Assembly: GCA_951406725.2 (NCBI GenBank)
Contig: OX597825.1
Location: 23,002,001 to 23,066,000, forward strand
Reading direction: 5' to 3'
DNA: 64,000 nucleotides
Origin: Octopus vulgaris
Lineage: Eukaryota
A model generated the notes under the pieces. The model saw only the letters and a list, made by a program, of their open reading frames with translations, was not told the origin of the DNA and ran no database searches. Of the stretch, positions 27,414 to 41,619 are shown piece after piece (positions within the stretch are counted from its first letter, which is position 1; every line of letters begins with the position of its first letter). The translations under genes were made by a program, and so were the position numbers.

Positions 27414-27415
<2 letters not shown>
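27036..27415 (+). mobile_element. SINE family A, 5' truncated
   Basis: Body and tail near consensus. Confidence 0.9.
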
Positions 27416-27479
<64 letters not shown>

Positions 27480-27489
27480 ATATATATAT

Positions 27490-28042
27490 TGCTGTAGTTA
27501 CAGCTCTTAGCTGTAGCAATGCTGATGCACCGCCGTTTTGCTACACTGTTATTACTGAGAGTCTCCTCCATTATATGCACTTGGTGAAGAATGGAGTTTG
27601 ATGTAGCTATCCTCATTTACACCTCTTGCCGTGTGGTAGATTCATCTGGGACTCTCGACAGGAAGAGGTACAGCTTTGATTCAAAAACGCCTATATCTAT
27701 TTTTGCAGGTTCCTCAAGCCCTTTGAGAGAATATTAAAAAGCTGAGGGAGGGCCACTGAAACCCAGGCTGTTGCAGTAAATGCTCATGAAGCGCAATGGC
27801 GTTGTTATGATCTTTGGCACTAGGCAGTGTCGTCCCGTTCTGGCATTGGTGTAGCTATCAATGCCAAAATTTGGCACAGTTCCTTCCACGATCTTCCAGA
27901 TATATATTACTGCATACCTCTCCCGTCTTCTCTCCAGGAAGTAGAGTTTTAGCTGTTTCAGCCTTTCCCAGTAGCTGAGCAGTTGCAAAGAGACGATCTT
28001 CTTTGTGAATCTTCTCTGGTTGGCTTCAAGGTCTGCTGTTAA
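27490..28042 (-). mobile_element. CR1-group LINE 3' fragment
   Basis: [13 protein letters not shown]...[38 protein letters not shown]...YCNSLGFSGP. Confidence 0.9.
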
Positions 28043-28056
28043 TTTCATACACACAT

Positions 28057-28108
<52 letters not shown>

Positions 28109-28113
28109 GGGAC

Positions 28114-28172
<59 letters not shown>

Positions 28173-28263
28173 ATAGATACTGACTCTAAGAATAGAGACC
28201 TCAGATGAGAAAAAAATACAGCAGCGACAAAACAAAACCAGTAACAAGCACCCAGCGAATTCA

Positions 28264-28722
28264 GAATTATAAGAAAATTTTGTAACCCATTTTCTTATGC
28301 CACTGTAACTAAAACTATTTATGAGAAGAGCTGCATTGTAATCTGTATAAAATAAAATAAAATTGTTGAAAAACGCATATATCATCCCGCAATAACATAT
28401 AGCTTATAAGATTTGGCATAACGTCTTATAACATGCGGAATAAGAAAAATTACAATTAAAAAAATAAACTATGCTACTTTTAATTGTCTCCCTTTTCCCA
28501 CCCACTCTATCGTAATTCTAGCAATGTCAAGCAATGACAAGCAAAGTCGTTTCTTCATCGTCATTGGTCGTTGTCAGTATTAAATATTAAGTATACACAT
28601 TTTTAGATGTAATTATTTTTAATTGTAACATTATCAATAAAAATCGAATTATATTATGTATTTCTATATTTCTATACGTAAGAATACGCGCAAAGTTTTC
28701 TACATAGGGACACAAACATATA

Positions 28723-28776
<54 letters not shown>

Positions 28777-28800
28777 TATATATATACATATATATGTATA

Positions 28801-28855
<55 letters not shown>

Positions 28856-29560
28856 ATGTACATATTCATACTATGTACATATATATGTATATATGTATAT
28901 GTATATATATATATATGCATAAATGCTTATGCACATATGCGTGCGCGCGTGTGTATTCCTGCAGTATGCAGCATTTAGTCAAATGTTGCATTACAAAAAT
29001 AGAAACTGAGGCAAATGCATACACAAGCATGCACAATCACACATATGCATACATATATATTTAAGGAAAATTCTAAAATTATCTAAAATGGCATGACAAA
29101 TTTGAATCAATTAATTGTAAATAATTATTTTTATCCTTATAGCAAAAAGTATAATTATTGCTGAAATTATACAACGCTTTAAGTTTTGTTGAAAATCACG
29201 ATCCTAAAATTTATAGGTGTATGTTCTTCGCAGTTTTATTTTAATATTTTTAATTTTAGGGACAATAAACTCCTACATCGAGTTCAACGAACGTTAATGA
29301 ATTTGCATCTTATTTATTGATTTGCATAATATTTCCATACGTAAAAAGTAGCGATGAATACTAAGAATAAATGACGGCGCTATTTAACAAAAGTTTCCCG
29401 TATCAAACATTGCAATGATGAAAACTTGTAGTTATCCTGTGTTGGCAGGTTCAAAGTTATGAGTGGTTTGGTGTTTCATACTGCAGGCTTTTCGAAAGTA
29501 TCACTTCGGATTTGCCGTATGTTGAAACCTGGATGCTCGATTCGATATTCCTCGTTTTGA
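28264..29560 (+). pseudogene. Decayed exons of tandem unknown family (copy 3)
   Basis: FCNPFSYATVTKTIYEKSC (~28280) and RRYL...LSCVGRFKVMSGLVFHTAGFSKVSLRIC (29375-29560) align with the copy 2 segments CKPYFVEKSIYNK and RR*LW..LCSVGRFAFIT..STLGF. Confidence 0.5.
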
Positions 29561-30220
29561 CCTGAATTCGAAAATAATAATCAAATAGTAGTTAACCTTC
29601 TTTCCTCCAACTTTAATATATACAGGGAGTTCACGTAACATTTATGTAACCCCAAAGATGACCATTAGTTATCTTTATCTAATTAATCTACTGCTCTATA
29701 TATATGTGTGTGTGTTTATATAATATGGGTGATTAATTAGCAAATGAAATGATGCATTACATACAACAATTTCCAAGTCACTCACTGTCTCTGCTTCTGA
29801 GATTGCAGTACCTCCTGGTCCTGTATATACAGGATCCTGTACCTGTGTGAGCTGATAGTGCAGTGCTTAAAATTTTCCAGTATTAAACGGCGTAATGGCA
29901 TGTTGTTTTCTTTAGCCCATTTTCATATTGCATTTATACGTAATCCTTATTTTTAATACTGTCAATATATATGTATGTGTGTGTGTGTGTGACCTGTCCT
30001 TTTTTCCTGTCCCTCTAATTGTTGTTTTTTCAGTTTGCCTTTCTATCGTCTATCTAACCGGATGTTTTATTGTCCTCTATTGAGGTTTTGCTCCGTTTTT
30101 ATGCCTACTACTACTCTCACTCCATCATGAGGAATAGTAGGAATATCATTGAATAGTGAGAGAGGGTATCTAAGTGTGACACACTGACACACAGAAATTA
30201 GTTTTCGCATTCATTATATT

Positions 30221-30259
<39 letters not shown>

Positions 30260-31324
30260 CATATATGTATATATATGTATATATATTTGTCTATATACAT
30301 ACATAGATATCTACGTAGGAATGTATATATATGTATGTTTATATGTATGTATCTATATATACATCACCATATCTAATAAATACATGGAGGATTTTGTTTT
30401 TAGTTCACCCCAAAACCTATTTCGTTTGTTTTTCATCCTCGTTATTTAGAGTTCTGTGGCATGAGAAAAATACTGTAAGATATGAAATTCTCATTGGTGA
30501 ATGATAACAATCTGTTATCGAAGAATTTTCTATTCGATTATCGAATAAAATGTATATCATCAAAAACGTAATTCTTTACTTGCAATATATTTTGATTAAA
30601 ATATATAAAATAAATTAAACAATGAAAAGAAAATCCATCATTATTTCTATATTATTTATATAGTGAACCGTTAGCCCTTTGGTTTACAAAATGGATAAAA
30701 CAAAACAGCTTTGTTTTAATGCTGTTTTGGAGCCAGCTTAATCTCATTTAATCGTGAGATTTAACTCGTATACTTGGCTTCAGAAAACTCGCAGTTTTCC
30801 TACAGATAAAGAACACTAGAATAAATAATATGCAGAAAGGGAGGAAATAATTAATTGAATTTGATTCGTTATTTTTACGGGAATTTCATCTCTATTTTTT
30901 AACAGTAAAATCAATCCAAAAATAAATGAAAAAGAGCATTTCACAATACAAATTTAATCATAGACACATCTTATATAAAATGCGTTTAAATACCTCGCTA
31001 ATAAAAGATGTGCTGTACTTGTAATTAAAAACGAAGATAACACCTGTGTTGTCTTAATTTGATATACTAGTTTTAATGGTGATACAAACTGTGTAAGCTG
31101 TTTACGTCACTGGTGTTATATTGTTAGGTGCCTCACATTTTATATCATTCCGTATCTGTTTTGTTTCTCATGGAAGAAAAAAAGGTCAGAATGACATTAG
31201 AAATATTATTAAATAATATGTTATGCTCCATGACCTTGTTGTGTGAAGTTAGACAAATATAGATATTTAATGTGTGCCTGTGTGTGCATGTGTGTTGTGT
31301 GTATGTCTGTGGCTGTGTGTCTGT

Positions 31325-31363
<39 letters not shown>

Positions 31364-31804
31364 TGTGTGTGTGTATGTGAAGAGCAAGGAGTATAAAGCC
31401 AGTTTAGTACAGAATCGGTTTACTTGCTTTTGGCTAAATGGTGTGTTGGAGGTTAACGCAGGTATTATGAACACACACACACAAACACACACACATACAC
31501 ACACATATAAATATATATAATGTAGATATACAAAATTGAAATTCATATGATGTACAATATATTTTTATCTGTATTCATTTAATTTTCTGCGTGTTAATTA
31601 ATTTAATATTAAAACATTACTTTATTGTGTATTATAAATTTCAGGATTTTTTTTTTATTTATTATTATTTCTAAATAATATACTGATTATAATTAACAGC
31701 ATACGCTTTAAAAAACTGCCCGTTTTACTACCAGATTTTTATGTTTTACATTATTGCGCGAAGTAAATAGATTGCCGTGTTTATATGGTATTTAAAGGGC
31801 TGGT

Positions 31805-31892
31805 AAGAAGAAGAAGTAGAAGAAGAAGAAGAAGAAGAAGAAGAAGAAGAAGAAGAAGAAGAAGAAGAAGAAGAAGAAGAAGAAGAAGAAGA
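31805..31892. repeat. (GAA)n microsatellite
   Basis: Directly visible. Confidence 0.95.
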
Positions 31893-32721
31893 GAAATGTG
31901 AAGGGCGATGCACATAGCTTGAAAGTCTCCTTGCTTTCTCTCCAACTAGGTAAGAATGCCTGGCTGGATACACTTAGCCGCTTGATTAATTGCTTACCAA
32001 ACCTCACATCGTTTATGCTGAGCCGCCTCAAAATCGTTTTTCCAGTGTCATGAAGCAGAACACGATGTTAGCTCCACAGATACTGCATTGCGTCCTATCG
32101 TCCACTCTAAAATTTCTGCCAATACATCAAACAGGATGGATTAATACTTCATTTATTATGCTACAACAGATGAAATGCAAAGTTGAACAAAGACGAATTT
32201 AAACCCAGTGCACTCAATGCCGAAAAGCATTCTGACTAATGTTTTAACGATTCTGCCAAGTCCTATTGGCTTCTGATGTCTCTATATATAGCAATATTCG
32301 CCATATTTGCCAAAATTCGCTATTTTTCTTTATTGCCGTTTTTGACAATATCTATTTTCTGAGGACAATTTCAGGCAAGTGACTTTTAAGTAACTAGCAT
32401 GCTATCCAGTGGAATTAGTTGCCACTTTAACGAAAATAGATATGGGTACTATACTACTGTCACTAGGTCACTATGTCACTATGAATTATTACAAGCGATT
32501 CTTAGTATTCTTTTTAAAATCAGGATGGACATTTAATCTGAGATCAATTTTGGTTTTATTTTTGATTTTAGTTTCCTCTTAAAACTTTCCGATTGTAATG
32601 GACGGATGAAATATCAAATCGAAACTCTCATAAGAGTGCGTGTGTGTGTGTGTGTGTGTGTGTATGAATTGTCAGCGAGTGTATAACTGTACGCAAACAG
32701 TTGTGTGCAAAAGTTTAAACA

Positions 32722-33318
32722 TGGGCGCGGGTGTGACTGTGTAGTAAGAAATTTGCTTTCTAACTACATGGATCTAGGTTCAGCCCCAATGCGCGGTACC
32801 TTCGGCAAGCGTCTTTTACTTTAGTTTTGGGACGACCAAAGCCTTGAGAGTGAATTTGGTAGACGGAAACGGAAAGAAGGTGGCGAGCTGGCAGAAACGT
32901 TAGCACGCCGGGCGAAATGCTCTGTGGTATTTCGTCTGCCGTTACGTTCTGAGTTCGAATTCCGCCGAGGTCGACTTTGCCTTTCATCCTTTCGGTGTCG
33001 ATAAATTAAGTACCAGTTACGCACTGGGGTCGATCTAATCGACTTAATCCGTTTGTCTGTCCTTGTTTGTCCTCTCTGTGTTTAGCCCCTTGTAAGGTAG
33101 TAAAGAAATTGGTATTTCGTCTGCAGTTACGCTTTGAGTTCAAATTCCACCGAGGTCGACTTTGCCTTTTATACTTTCGGGGTCGATAAATTAAGTACCA
33201 GTTACGCACGGAGATCGGTGTAATCGACTTAATTTCTTTGTTTGTCCCTTTTATGTTTCGTCCCTCGTGGGCAATAAAGAAATAGGAAACTGAAATAAGC
33301 CCGTCTTGTATATATATA

Positions 33319-33389
<71 letters not shown>

Positions 33390-33520
33390 CACCGATAGAA
33401 TAATCTCCAGGCTTAATAATAAAATAAGTATTGGGGTTAATTCTTTCGACTAAAAATTCTTCAAGGCGGTGCCCCAGCATGGCTGCAATTTAATAACTGA
33501 AACAAATAAGAGACAGAAGA
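32722..33520 (+). mobile_element. SINE family A copy with a nested SINE B dimer (32876-33284)
   Basis: A-body GGAAACKGAAA is duplicated on either side of the B dimer. Confidence 0.85.
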
Positions 33521-34273
33521 AAAAGAGAATTGTAATTTCTAAACTTCAAGTAGAACACTTATTGTATTAACTGCTTTGCTTGTTTATCTTTTAAAGCTTC
33601 GCAACTTGTCTCCATTCCATGTAATAAAGCATTTATCTTTTACGTTTATTTGCTTTTATCTTAAATTGTGTGTATGAAGCACCATTTTCTTTTCAAATTT
33701 TTAGATAAAATTATCAAAATCTTCTAATGTCCGACAAAGTTTTAGGCTTTTACGACTAGAATATATTTCTGTGCAAAAAATTGGCTTGTATATAGGAAGC
33801 TCACTGTAGTTTAATCACGATTTACTATACAGGAAGATGTAGAATAAATGGTTAAATAACTATCTCCGCAACGATATTTAGTTTAAACCACTCTATGCAA
33901 TTCGTTGAGCATATTAAGTGTAAAATCTTGGTCTAAGCTGTTGGAAATAAGTTACTGATCCTGTAATTTGCGGCATAAGATACATTAGTAACTTATGCAG
34001 AGAAATATTTTATATTTTACCAATTTTCACATCAAGAATCCGGGGTTAAGAGATCACCCATCAAATCTGCATGTAAGTTAGGACAGATATATTTATATTT
34101 CATTCTATTCCTTTTACGTTTTTTTATTTATTTTAGGGATATAAAGGAAAAAATTCGTCACGTTGACGTAATGTGAGGCCAAAAACTGAACGATCGAAAA
34201 ATTATATAAAGAAGATTTTCGAACGCACTTAAATCGATTTTGTACCGTTTCGATCACCTCAACACTATTTCAG

Positions 34274-34611
34274 AGACAATAATATTATAATGCATTTGAA
34301 CTACCAGACATTTTATTCTGGGTTATAGCGTGGATGTGTTCGGTCAAAGGTCACAATAACTTGAAAAAATTGGAGACTAAAAGCTGGAATCAATTCAATT
34401 TTGCAAATGAGTTAAAATAATTATCACAAAGCTGAATATACTAGCAAAGTGAACACAATTTATTAAAGGGCTCCTGCAGCTATCGGAAATTGGAAGACAC
34501 AAACTATATTGCATTGAATGTGCAATAGAGTTCCAATATATATCTGAAATTTGGCAGCAGAGTTAGATTTACTTCACCAGCATTGTTGCACAGTATTGGC
34601 TGAGGAATTAC
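34274..34611 (+). pseudogene. Decayed exon of tandem unknown family (copy 4, N-terminal module)
   Basis: TTTCAG acceptor and GTAAGA donor. One frame reads PDILFWVIA...KKLETK...GSCSYRKLEDTNYIALNVQ*SSNIY..SRVRFTS with several stops, aligning to SCQHKLEDFSLTVVVQE*IYNSSVSFIS at ~48170. Confidence 0.55.
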
Positions 34612-35035
34612 GTAAGATTTACATAAATGATTCTCAGATTTATCTCTTATAATGTATGGTGAAGTCACTCGTATTATGGCAAATATTGAATCAACTTCTC
34701 ATGTTGCTATTTATATAAGCATATATAATGCACACAAACACACACATACAAACGCATATGTATGTGTATATACATACGAATTTAGAGAGAGAGGGAGGAG
34801 AAGAATAACGAGCTAATAAGATATATATATATATGCATATATATATATATATATATATTGTATAAAATAATATATTGTGAATAAACTTTTGTACGAATCT
34901 GCAACTGAGAGTATCTCGCATAAAGCTAGTTCAACAGAAATGAATGGCAGGTCAGACTTGAAGGCAAAATCTCTGTATGCTTAGCCACACACTTGCGCAT
35001 GCGCCCAAAGACACACAAACATGTATATCATTAAA

Positions 35036-35099
<64 letters not shown>

Positions 35100-35464
35100 C
35101 ACACACATATATATATAAGAAGAGAGAGAGGCTAACAGGGAAAAGGACAGAGAGAGAGACTATAGATGGCGTTGTATGTATTGGGGCATTAGTTTTACAT
35201 AAAATAAATTTGAAAGCAAGAATATCGTATCGTCCGAAATTTTTCCACAGACTGAGGACTCGGCCAAAGACGCCAATGCGACACAGTCTGTAAAGCTTCC
35301 ATAATTAAGCATTTAATTAAATTGGAAACTAAAATTTGCATATATTCTTGAAAAATAATTCGTTTCATAAATTGCAGGCTGGTTAATAGTGTTTTACATC
35401 TACGCTATTCTGTATTATATAATATCTATCCATAGATTTTTAGATACCATTCTATATAATAGCG

Positions 35465-35807
<343 letters not shown>

Positions 35808-35967
35808 CACACAGAGAGAGAGAGAGAGAGAGAATGTGGCTTACGTATGAGTATTTGTGTCTGCTTTTCTATCAATTCATATATATTTTATGTGACAAAA
35901 AAATATGCTCACCTATCAGAATGCACGGGATCTGCAAGCAGAGATAAACACTGTATATGTGTGAGGG

Positions 35968-36039
<72 letters not shown>

Positions 36040-36100
36040 TACAAATGTACATAGATATACTATATGTATATATAGATATATGACACACACACACACCAAA

Positions 36101-36173
<73 letters not shown>

Positions 36174-36226
36174 GCCGAATACTTTAAACAGATTATAGCA
36201 AAGTATATACCCAAACATAAGATTAT

Positions 36227-36336
<110 letters not shown>

Positions 36337-36649
36337 ATGTCTGTGGCTCTGTGTGTGTGTGCATGTATAAACATGCACTCTTATATACACACTGTCTTCA
36401 GGATGCATGCAAATGTCGCCAGCAGATCTCAGCTTTGACAAAACAAATAAAGGCCGAGTAAAGAATATTTCTAATAGAACTGATATTCCGATAACATATG
36501 GCAAGCAAAGAAATTAGTGAAAAATATCATTCTAAAGCCATGCATTGATAAATGTATATCTTGGAGCAGCATGGATTAAATATTATCTACGTTTGGAACA
36601 CTAATCTCACATATGACACGGACACATACGCACATGCGCACAGACACCA

Positions 36650-36706
<57 letters not shown>

Positions 36707-36844
36707 CACACATATGTATCTACATATATATATATGTGCTACTTTTTCAAATTTACACAAGCACATATATATACCAACATACAGCCATACGCACACACTC
36801 ACACATATATATATGTGTGTGTTTGTGTGTATGTTAAATAAATA

Positions 36845-36891
<47 letters not shown>

Positions 36892-37697
36892 GATTTCATT
36901 TTTACAGTTCCGTTGTAGATAGTATTAACAAAAAGTATTGCATCCAGTGAGAGATTAATATCATTTGATATACACAATTTACAAAAGTGCTACTAAGAGT
37001 TTCATGCTTTAGGGATACGATAAATTGGTACATTTACACAACATACCTTGTACCTGCATGCAATCTTTCAGGTACAGTGCATATCGTTGTATGTATCTAA
37101 AGACCAGGACGCTAGCCTATGAGAGAAAATGAGAAAAAACACGATGAGAAAAGAAAACGTGATGAATAGTGATTCAAAAACTGAAAGGAGAGGGAATAGA
37201 AGAAAAGTAAAAAAAAAACAAAAACATGATATTTCTCCTCTTTGATTAAGCTAAATGGTCTACAATAGTATAAAAGAAGATCGGCGAAAACTTTTGAGAT
37301 GTCCTGCAGTTCGACGAAACTTGTCAATGTGCTGGCATTTGCTGAATATTTCAGATCTTCAAGTAGTGTGACGGAATTTCTTGACTTAAAATAATGCTGG
37401 ATCTTCATCGCTTTTGTCCATTTATATTACGTGTTGATGTCTCCATCACCCTCCATTGTATGTTATATGCAATTGGACTTAACATCCCTCACATGGCTGG
37501 CCAACTTCGTGTTTATCGATGTTTCAGAAAGAAGTCTGGTGGTTTGCATAAAGGCTTCTAAAATAGCTTTCTCATAAACCGACATAATTTTTTCCCCAGT
37601 TATGTTGCCATGGAGCACTGCTGTAGCTTCATCTTCATAAGCAGCAGCGTTTATCAAATACTCCTGATCAAGCGGGGAATTTTCAAGGTCTCACAGC

Positions 37698-37813
37698 TGG
37701 GAGTGGGCTCTTCGTGTGACTTACGAGTGATAGTTTCCATCATGTTTCATACAGCTGCTGCCTTAATATGAAGATCATTATCACTCGTAAGTCACGGCAA
37801 GAGTCCACTCCCA
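37698..37813. repeat. 35-bp imperfect inverted repeat with 46-nt spacer
   Basis: TGGGAGTGGGCTCTTCGTGTGACTTACGAGTGATA / TATCACTCGTAAGTCACGGCAAGAGTCCACTCCCA. Confidence 0.9.
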
Positions 37814-38078
37814 ATTTTAAATGAAGCTTGCCCCTTTGGTTGGGTGTGCTTGATAATCGTAGACGCACGACAAAAAAATAACTGAGAAGAAAAAATTACA
37901 ACATTTGCTCATGTCTTCATATAGGGCACTGTCCTGGTTTTTAAATCAATTTGATGATATGCCCTGAGCATGGAAGGTTGCTTGGAGATACATAGTCATG
38001 TTTTTAAACCTGCAAATTTATTGTATTTCAAAAGCGTGAAATCATTAGTAGCTCGTTTTCAAAGTGTGTCTATTGAAT

Positions 38079-38133
<55 letters not shown>

Positions 38134-38327
38134 CATGTGTGTGTATGTGTGCGTACACACATAATCCTGCGTGTTCTTGTAGAAAACTTAAAGCTTCAAT
38201 TATCTAAACGCACTCCCGATCCAAGCGAAATGCTATTGACAAACCGAACATCTTTCAATGACCTGGCCTGGTACAACCGCCTGAACATATAACCCTTTCG
38301 TTCTAATTCTCTTCTATATGCTTACAG

Positions 38328-38884
38328 TATTTTAGGCTCAATACCGACTTTGTAATCCAAAGCATTTATATCTTAATTATCCACGACTCAATTGACCAAT
38401 CTGCAAATTGGATAAGCCCCAATGGTTTGTATCTGTATACGCACAACCAATGGGCCTAAGATATCTAGATTTCCACAAAGACAAACATCACACGTAAGCC
38501 GAAATCATTGCCTGGATCCCAACTGATTAAAATACTAATCACCTAATTACATTCTGATATTTAAATATGATAAATTGTGTTTTGTTTTTGGTATTGTGGC
38601 CAGGTATTCTATAGTCTCTTATCTTGCAATCAGCACCGACGTAAGCTAAATGAATGTATGCCGGTCTGTCAACGCTGTGATTTATGCATTACTTAGTGCA
38701 TTTGGGAAATGGACTTCTTTCAACAACACAAGCGTCCTATCCGTTACCACGCATTCGACCTTATCGTATTATATTGTGAACTGACTTGAGATTTTCAATG
38801 CCTGCGTGGTTACATATCTCGAAAATATAAATGAGTGACATGGAATTTTTACATTGGGGATGTACAAAAATGTTACAAATATTT
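38328..38884 (+). pseudogene. Two decayed exons of tandem unknown family (38328-38493, 38604-38884)
   Basis: AG/GTAAG boundaries. N*PICKLDKPQWFVS and LEIFNACVVTYLENINE*HGIFTLGMYKNVTNI resemble H*PKYILFEEPYYVLS and FRVYDKC...LNYLNKRDGNQISVYKMVNI at 49730-50055. Confidence 0.5.
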
Positions 38885-38959
38885 GTAAGTAATAACTCTA
38901 AATAGAATTAATAATTTGGCCATTTTAAATTTTAATTATATTTAAATATAAGCCAGACA

Positions 38960-39338
38960 ATCCACCGCGTTCGACTCTACTTTTTATCATTTGGGGAGTC
39001 TATAAAATAAGTACCAGTGGGACTCTGAGGTTGATGTAATCGACCAGATCCCCTCTGCTCATAATTACTGGCCTTGGGCCAAAATTTGAAGCCAGTCTAA
39101 ATTGGTGAGGTGGCAGAAACGTTAGCACGCCAGACGAAATACTTAGCAGTATTTCGTTTGTCGCTACGTTCTGAGTTCAAATTCCACCGAGGCCGACTTT
39201 GCCTTTCATCCTTTCGGGGTCGATAAATTAAGTACCAGTTACGCACTGGGGTTGATATAATCGACTTAATCTGTTTGTCTGTCCTTGTTTGTCCAAAGAA
39301 ATAGGTATTTCGTCCGTCTTTAAGTTCAAATTCCGCCA
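38960..39338 (+). mobile_element. SINE family B copies (B2 then B1)
   Basis: Cores at 38970-39045 and 39190-39270. Confidence 0.85.
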
Positions 39339-40254
39339 TTAATCTGACTATGGAGGCTCTTAGGGATTCTTTGGTGTTATAAGGGTGCGCATTAATCTCT
39401 TTCTCAACTACTTTCCATGCATAGTAGTCCAATGGATTGATATCTGGTGAGCTAGAAGGCCAAATTGGGGTTATGTTGTCATGAAAATGTTCGGCCAAAA
39501 ATTCCTGCGTTGCTGTAGCTATGCATGATGGTGCCAAACCTTGTTTAGACATAAGGTCTTCTGTTGCGCACAGTATCTATCCATAGATTCACCACTGTAT
39601 TCAGAATAAATCTGTGTGGAAAGAAGCTAGGAGGGATTTTACACATCCTTCATTTCTGACAAAACCCAAAACCATGACAATTGCAGGAAATTTTGTATGC
39701 ATTACTCTTGGAAGTTCCGAAGGGTCTGTACATAACCATATGTAATTTCTGCTGTTTACTTTCTGATCTTTATCAAAGCTTTTCTTGTCTGAGAAGAACC
39801 GAATGCCATCTTTCTCTGCTGGCTTTTTACGTCTGTTCAGGAAGCTTTTAGATCTGATTTAGCGATTTTCCTTCACTGTTTCTGACATGAAATTACCTTT
39901 TCTCATCGCATGAAACTTGTATCTGATGCTTTTATGGAGAAAATTTCGTATTATTCTTTCTGACACATGGTGTTCTTTTGCAATCATCCGCATGGATCTT
40001 CTGGTATCGTCATCAACAGTCTGCTTTACTTGTTGAATAAATTCGAGTGTTCTAATCGTATTAGTGCGTCTACAATGTTTCTTACGTTTTGATACTGGCG
40101 ATAGATTTCCGTCTTTAACCTCTAACACCTTACAAAAGACGATGGATCTAGCGACATTTAAAAATCGTGCTATTTCTAAATTGCTATCATCAGCCTTTAT
40201 AGCCACAATGCCTGCGTGCGTCTTCATTTCTTGTGTAATCATAGGGTCTGCCAT
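39337..40254 (-). mobile_element. Degraded IS630-Tc1-mariner transposase (DD37D/maT-like)
   Basis: N-terminal HTH (NLEIARFLNVARS; RSMRMIAKEHHVSER), FFSDKKSF, HTKFPAIVMVLG and WPSSSPDINPLDYYAW. Contains stops and frameshifts. Confidence 0.9.
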
Positions 40255-40319
40255 TGATAATTCTGTAATATAGAAAATATTAAGTTGATAAATATGCTGT
40301 TATAGTAAAATTAACATGT

Positions 40320-40857
40320 CTATCTACCTGATAATTTCTTGTTAAGATTCCTTATTAAGAAGTTATCCTTAATTGTTAAATTTATTCCGAAAAAACTTTT
40401 CCTAACCGAAATGCAATTAGAAGAAGCCCGCCATTTACCGGATATATGATTGTAAACTTCTCCATGTGCTTCGTTGGAATAGAGCAGTTAGCTGTTCGAC
40501 TTTGACGGTACTGGTCGTTTATTTATGATATGTTCAGAATCAGTCTTACTGATGAGCATGGTCGCAAATTCTTCTGCGGTAAGTGCGAAATCGCAGGTGA
40601 TATAAGACTAAATTCATTTTTTAAATGTCTTGCTTTGAAAAATTGCATTGGTTATGATTAGTAAAATTTTTGGTAGAAATGACTGATGTCCCTCTTAGCG
40701 TGAGGCATTTATGTGTAATAATGCCCTCTATATATAAATTAATATGTTCAATAAGAAAGAATTATTTTCGAAAGTTTTCTCTTATGAGGTTTTTCACGCT
40801 ATCTACCTGATAATTTCTTGTTAAGATTCCTTATTAAGAAGTTATCCTTAATTGTTA
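40320..40857 (+). mobile_element. Retrozyme-like / PLE-derived non-coding element: 479-bp unit with identical 59-bp terminal direct repeats
   Basis: Repeat 40320-40378 is identical to 40799-40857. Internal hammerhead, 3' (TA)n, no ORF. Confidence 0.75.
40542..40609 (+). ncRNA. Type I hammerhead ribozyme
   Basis: Helix I AGUCUUA/UAAGACU, core CUGAUGA, helix II GCA..GUCGCA/UGCGGU..UGC, GAAA, helix III AUCG/UGAU. Cleavage triplet AUA, cut predicted after 40602. Confidence 0.85.
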
Positions 40858-40879
40858 TATATATATATATATATATATA

Positions 40880-41187
40880 TCACCGTGATCACCGTGACCG
40901 ACCAGGCCATCAGATGTTGTTACACATCGCTGGTCACAATGCGCTTCGCATTGTTTTAGCCTTCAAGTGACGCCACCCCGCTGGCTAAGCGAGCAGGCCA
41001 ACAGAAGAAAGAGTGAGAGAAAGTCGTGGCGAAAGAGTACAGCAGGGATCGCCACCACCCCCTGCCGGAGCGTCGTGGAGCTTTAGGTGTTTTCGCTCAA
41101 TAAACACTCACAACGCCTGGTCTGGGAATCGAAACCGCGATCCTACGACCGCGAGTCCGCTGCCCTAACCACTAGGCCATTGCGCCT

Positions 41188-41191
<4 letters not shown>
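40880..41191 (-). mobile_element. SINE family C2, full length, ending in (CACGGTGAT)2(AT)n
   Basis: Shares a ~180-nt head with C1 and has a different 3' body. Confidence 0.9.
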
Positions 41192-41236
<45 letters not shown>

Positions 41237-41266
41237 CATACATGCATACATACATACATACATACA

Positions 41267-41331
<65 letters not shown>

Positions 41332-41619
41332 ATATATACATGTAAAAATGTTTATATATATATGTGTATATATTTTTATGTGTATATATATATATATATA
41401 TATAAATTTCCATATGTCTGTATGTGCGTGTGGTGGGGTGCATGTGTACATGCAGACAAATGCGAGGAAGATAGAAGATGGGCGGATAAATAGATAAACA
41501 AATAAATTGATAGGCAGATATTCAAACATGTTAATATATAGATGAATAGTTTGCTGGCAGAGTAGTTTCAAAGGTCAATATCAGTCGACAGAAGTTAATC
41601 ACTTCATTGTTTACAATAG

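Noticed and set aside
29440-29535. GLVFHTAGFSKVSLRICRMLK resembling the vanin/biotinidase C-terminal domain
   Set aside because: The similarity is short and not supported by the other paralogues. An HMM/HHpred search is needed before naming the family.
29700-30223. Possible second Helitron (minus-strand TCTAATATAATGAATGCG...TGTGTGTC start)
   Set aside because: No matching 3' hairpin-CTAG end found, so boundaries cannot be supported.
35246-35292. ACAGACUGAGGA...CAGUCUGU hairpin
   Set aside because: No helix II or GAAA, so it is a simple inverted repeat.
37112-37657. Two minus-strand ORFs with protein-like composition
   Set aside because: No recognisable motif or splice structure. Possibly an old transposon remnant, but unassignable.
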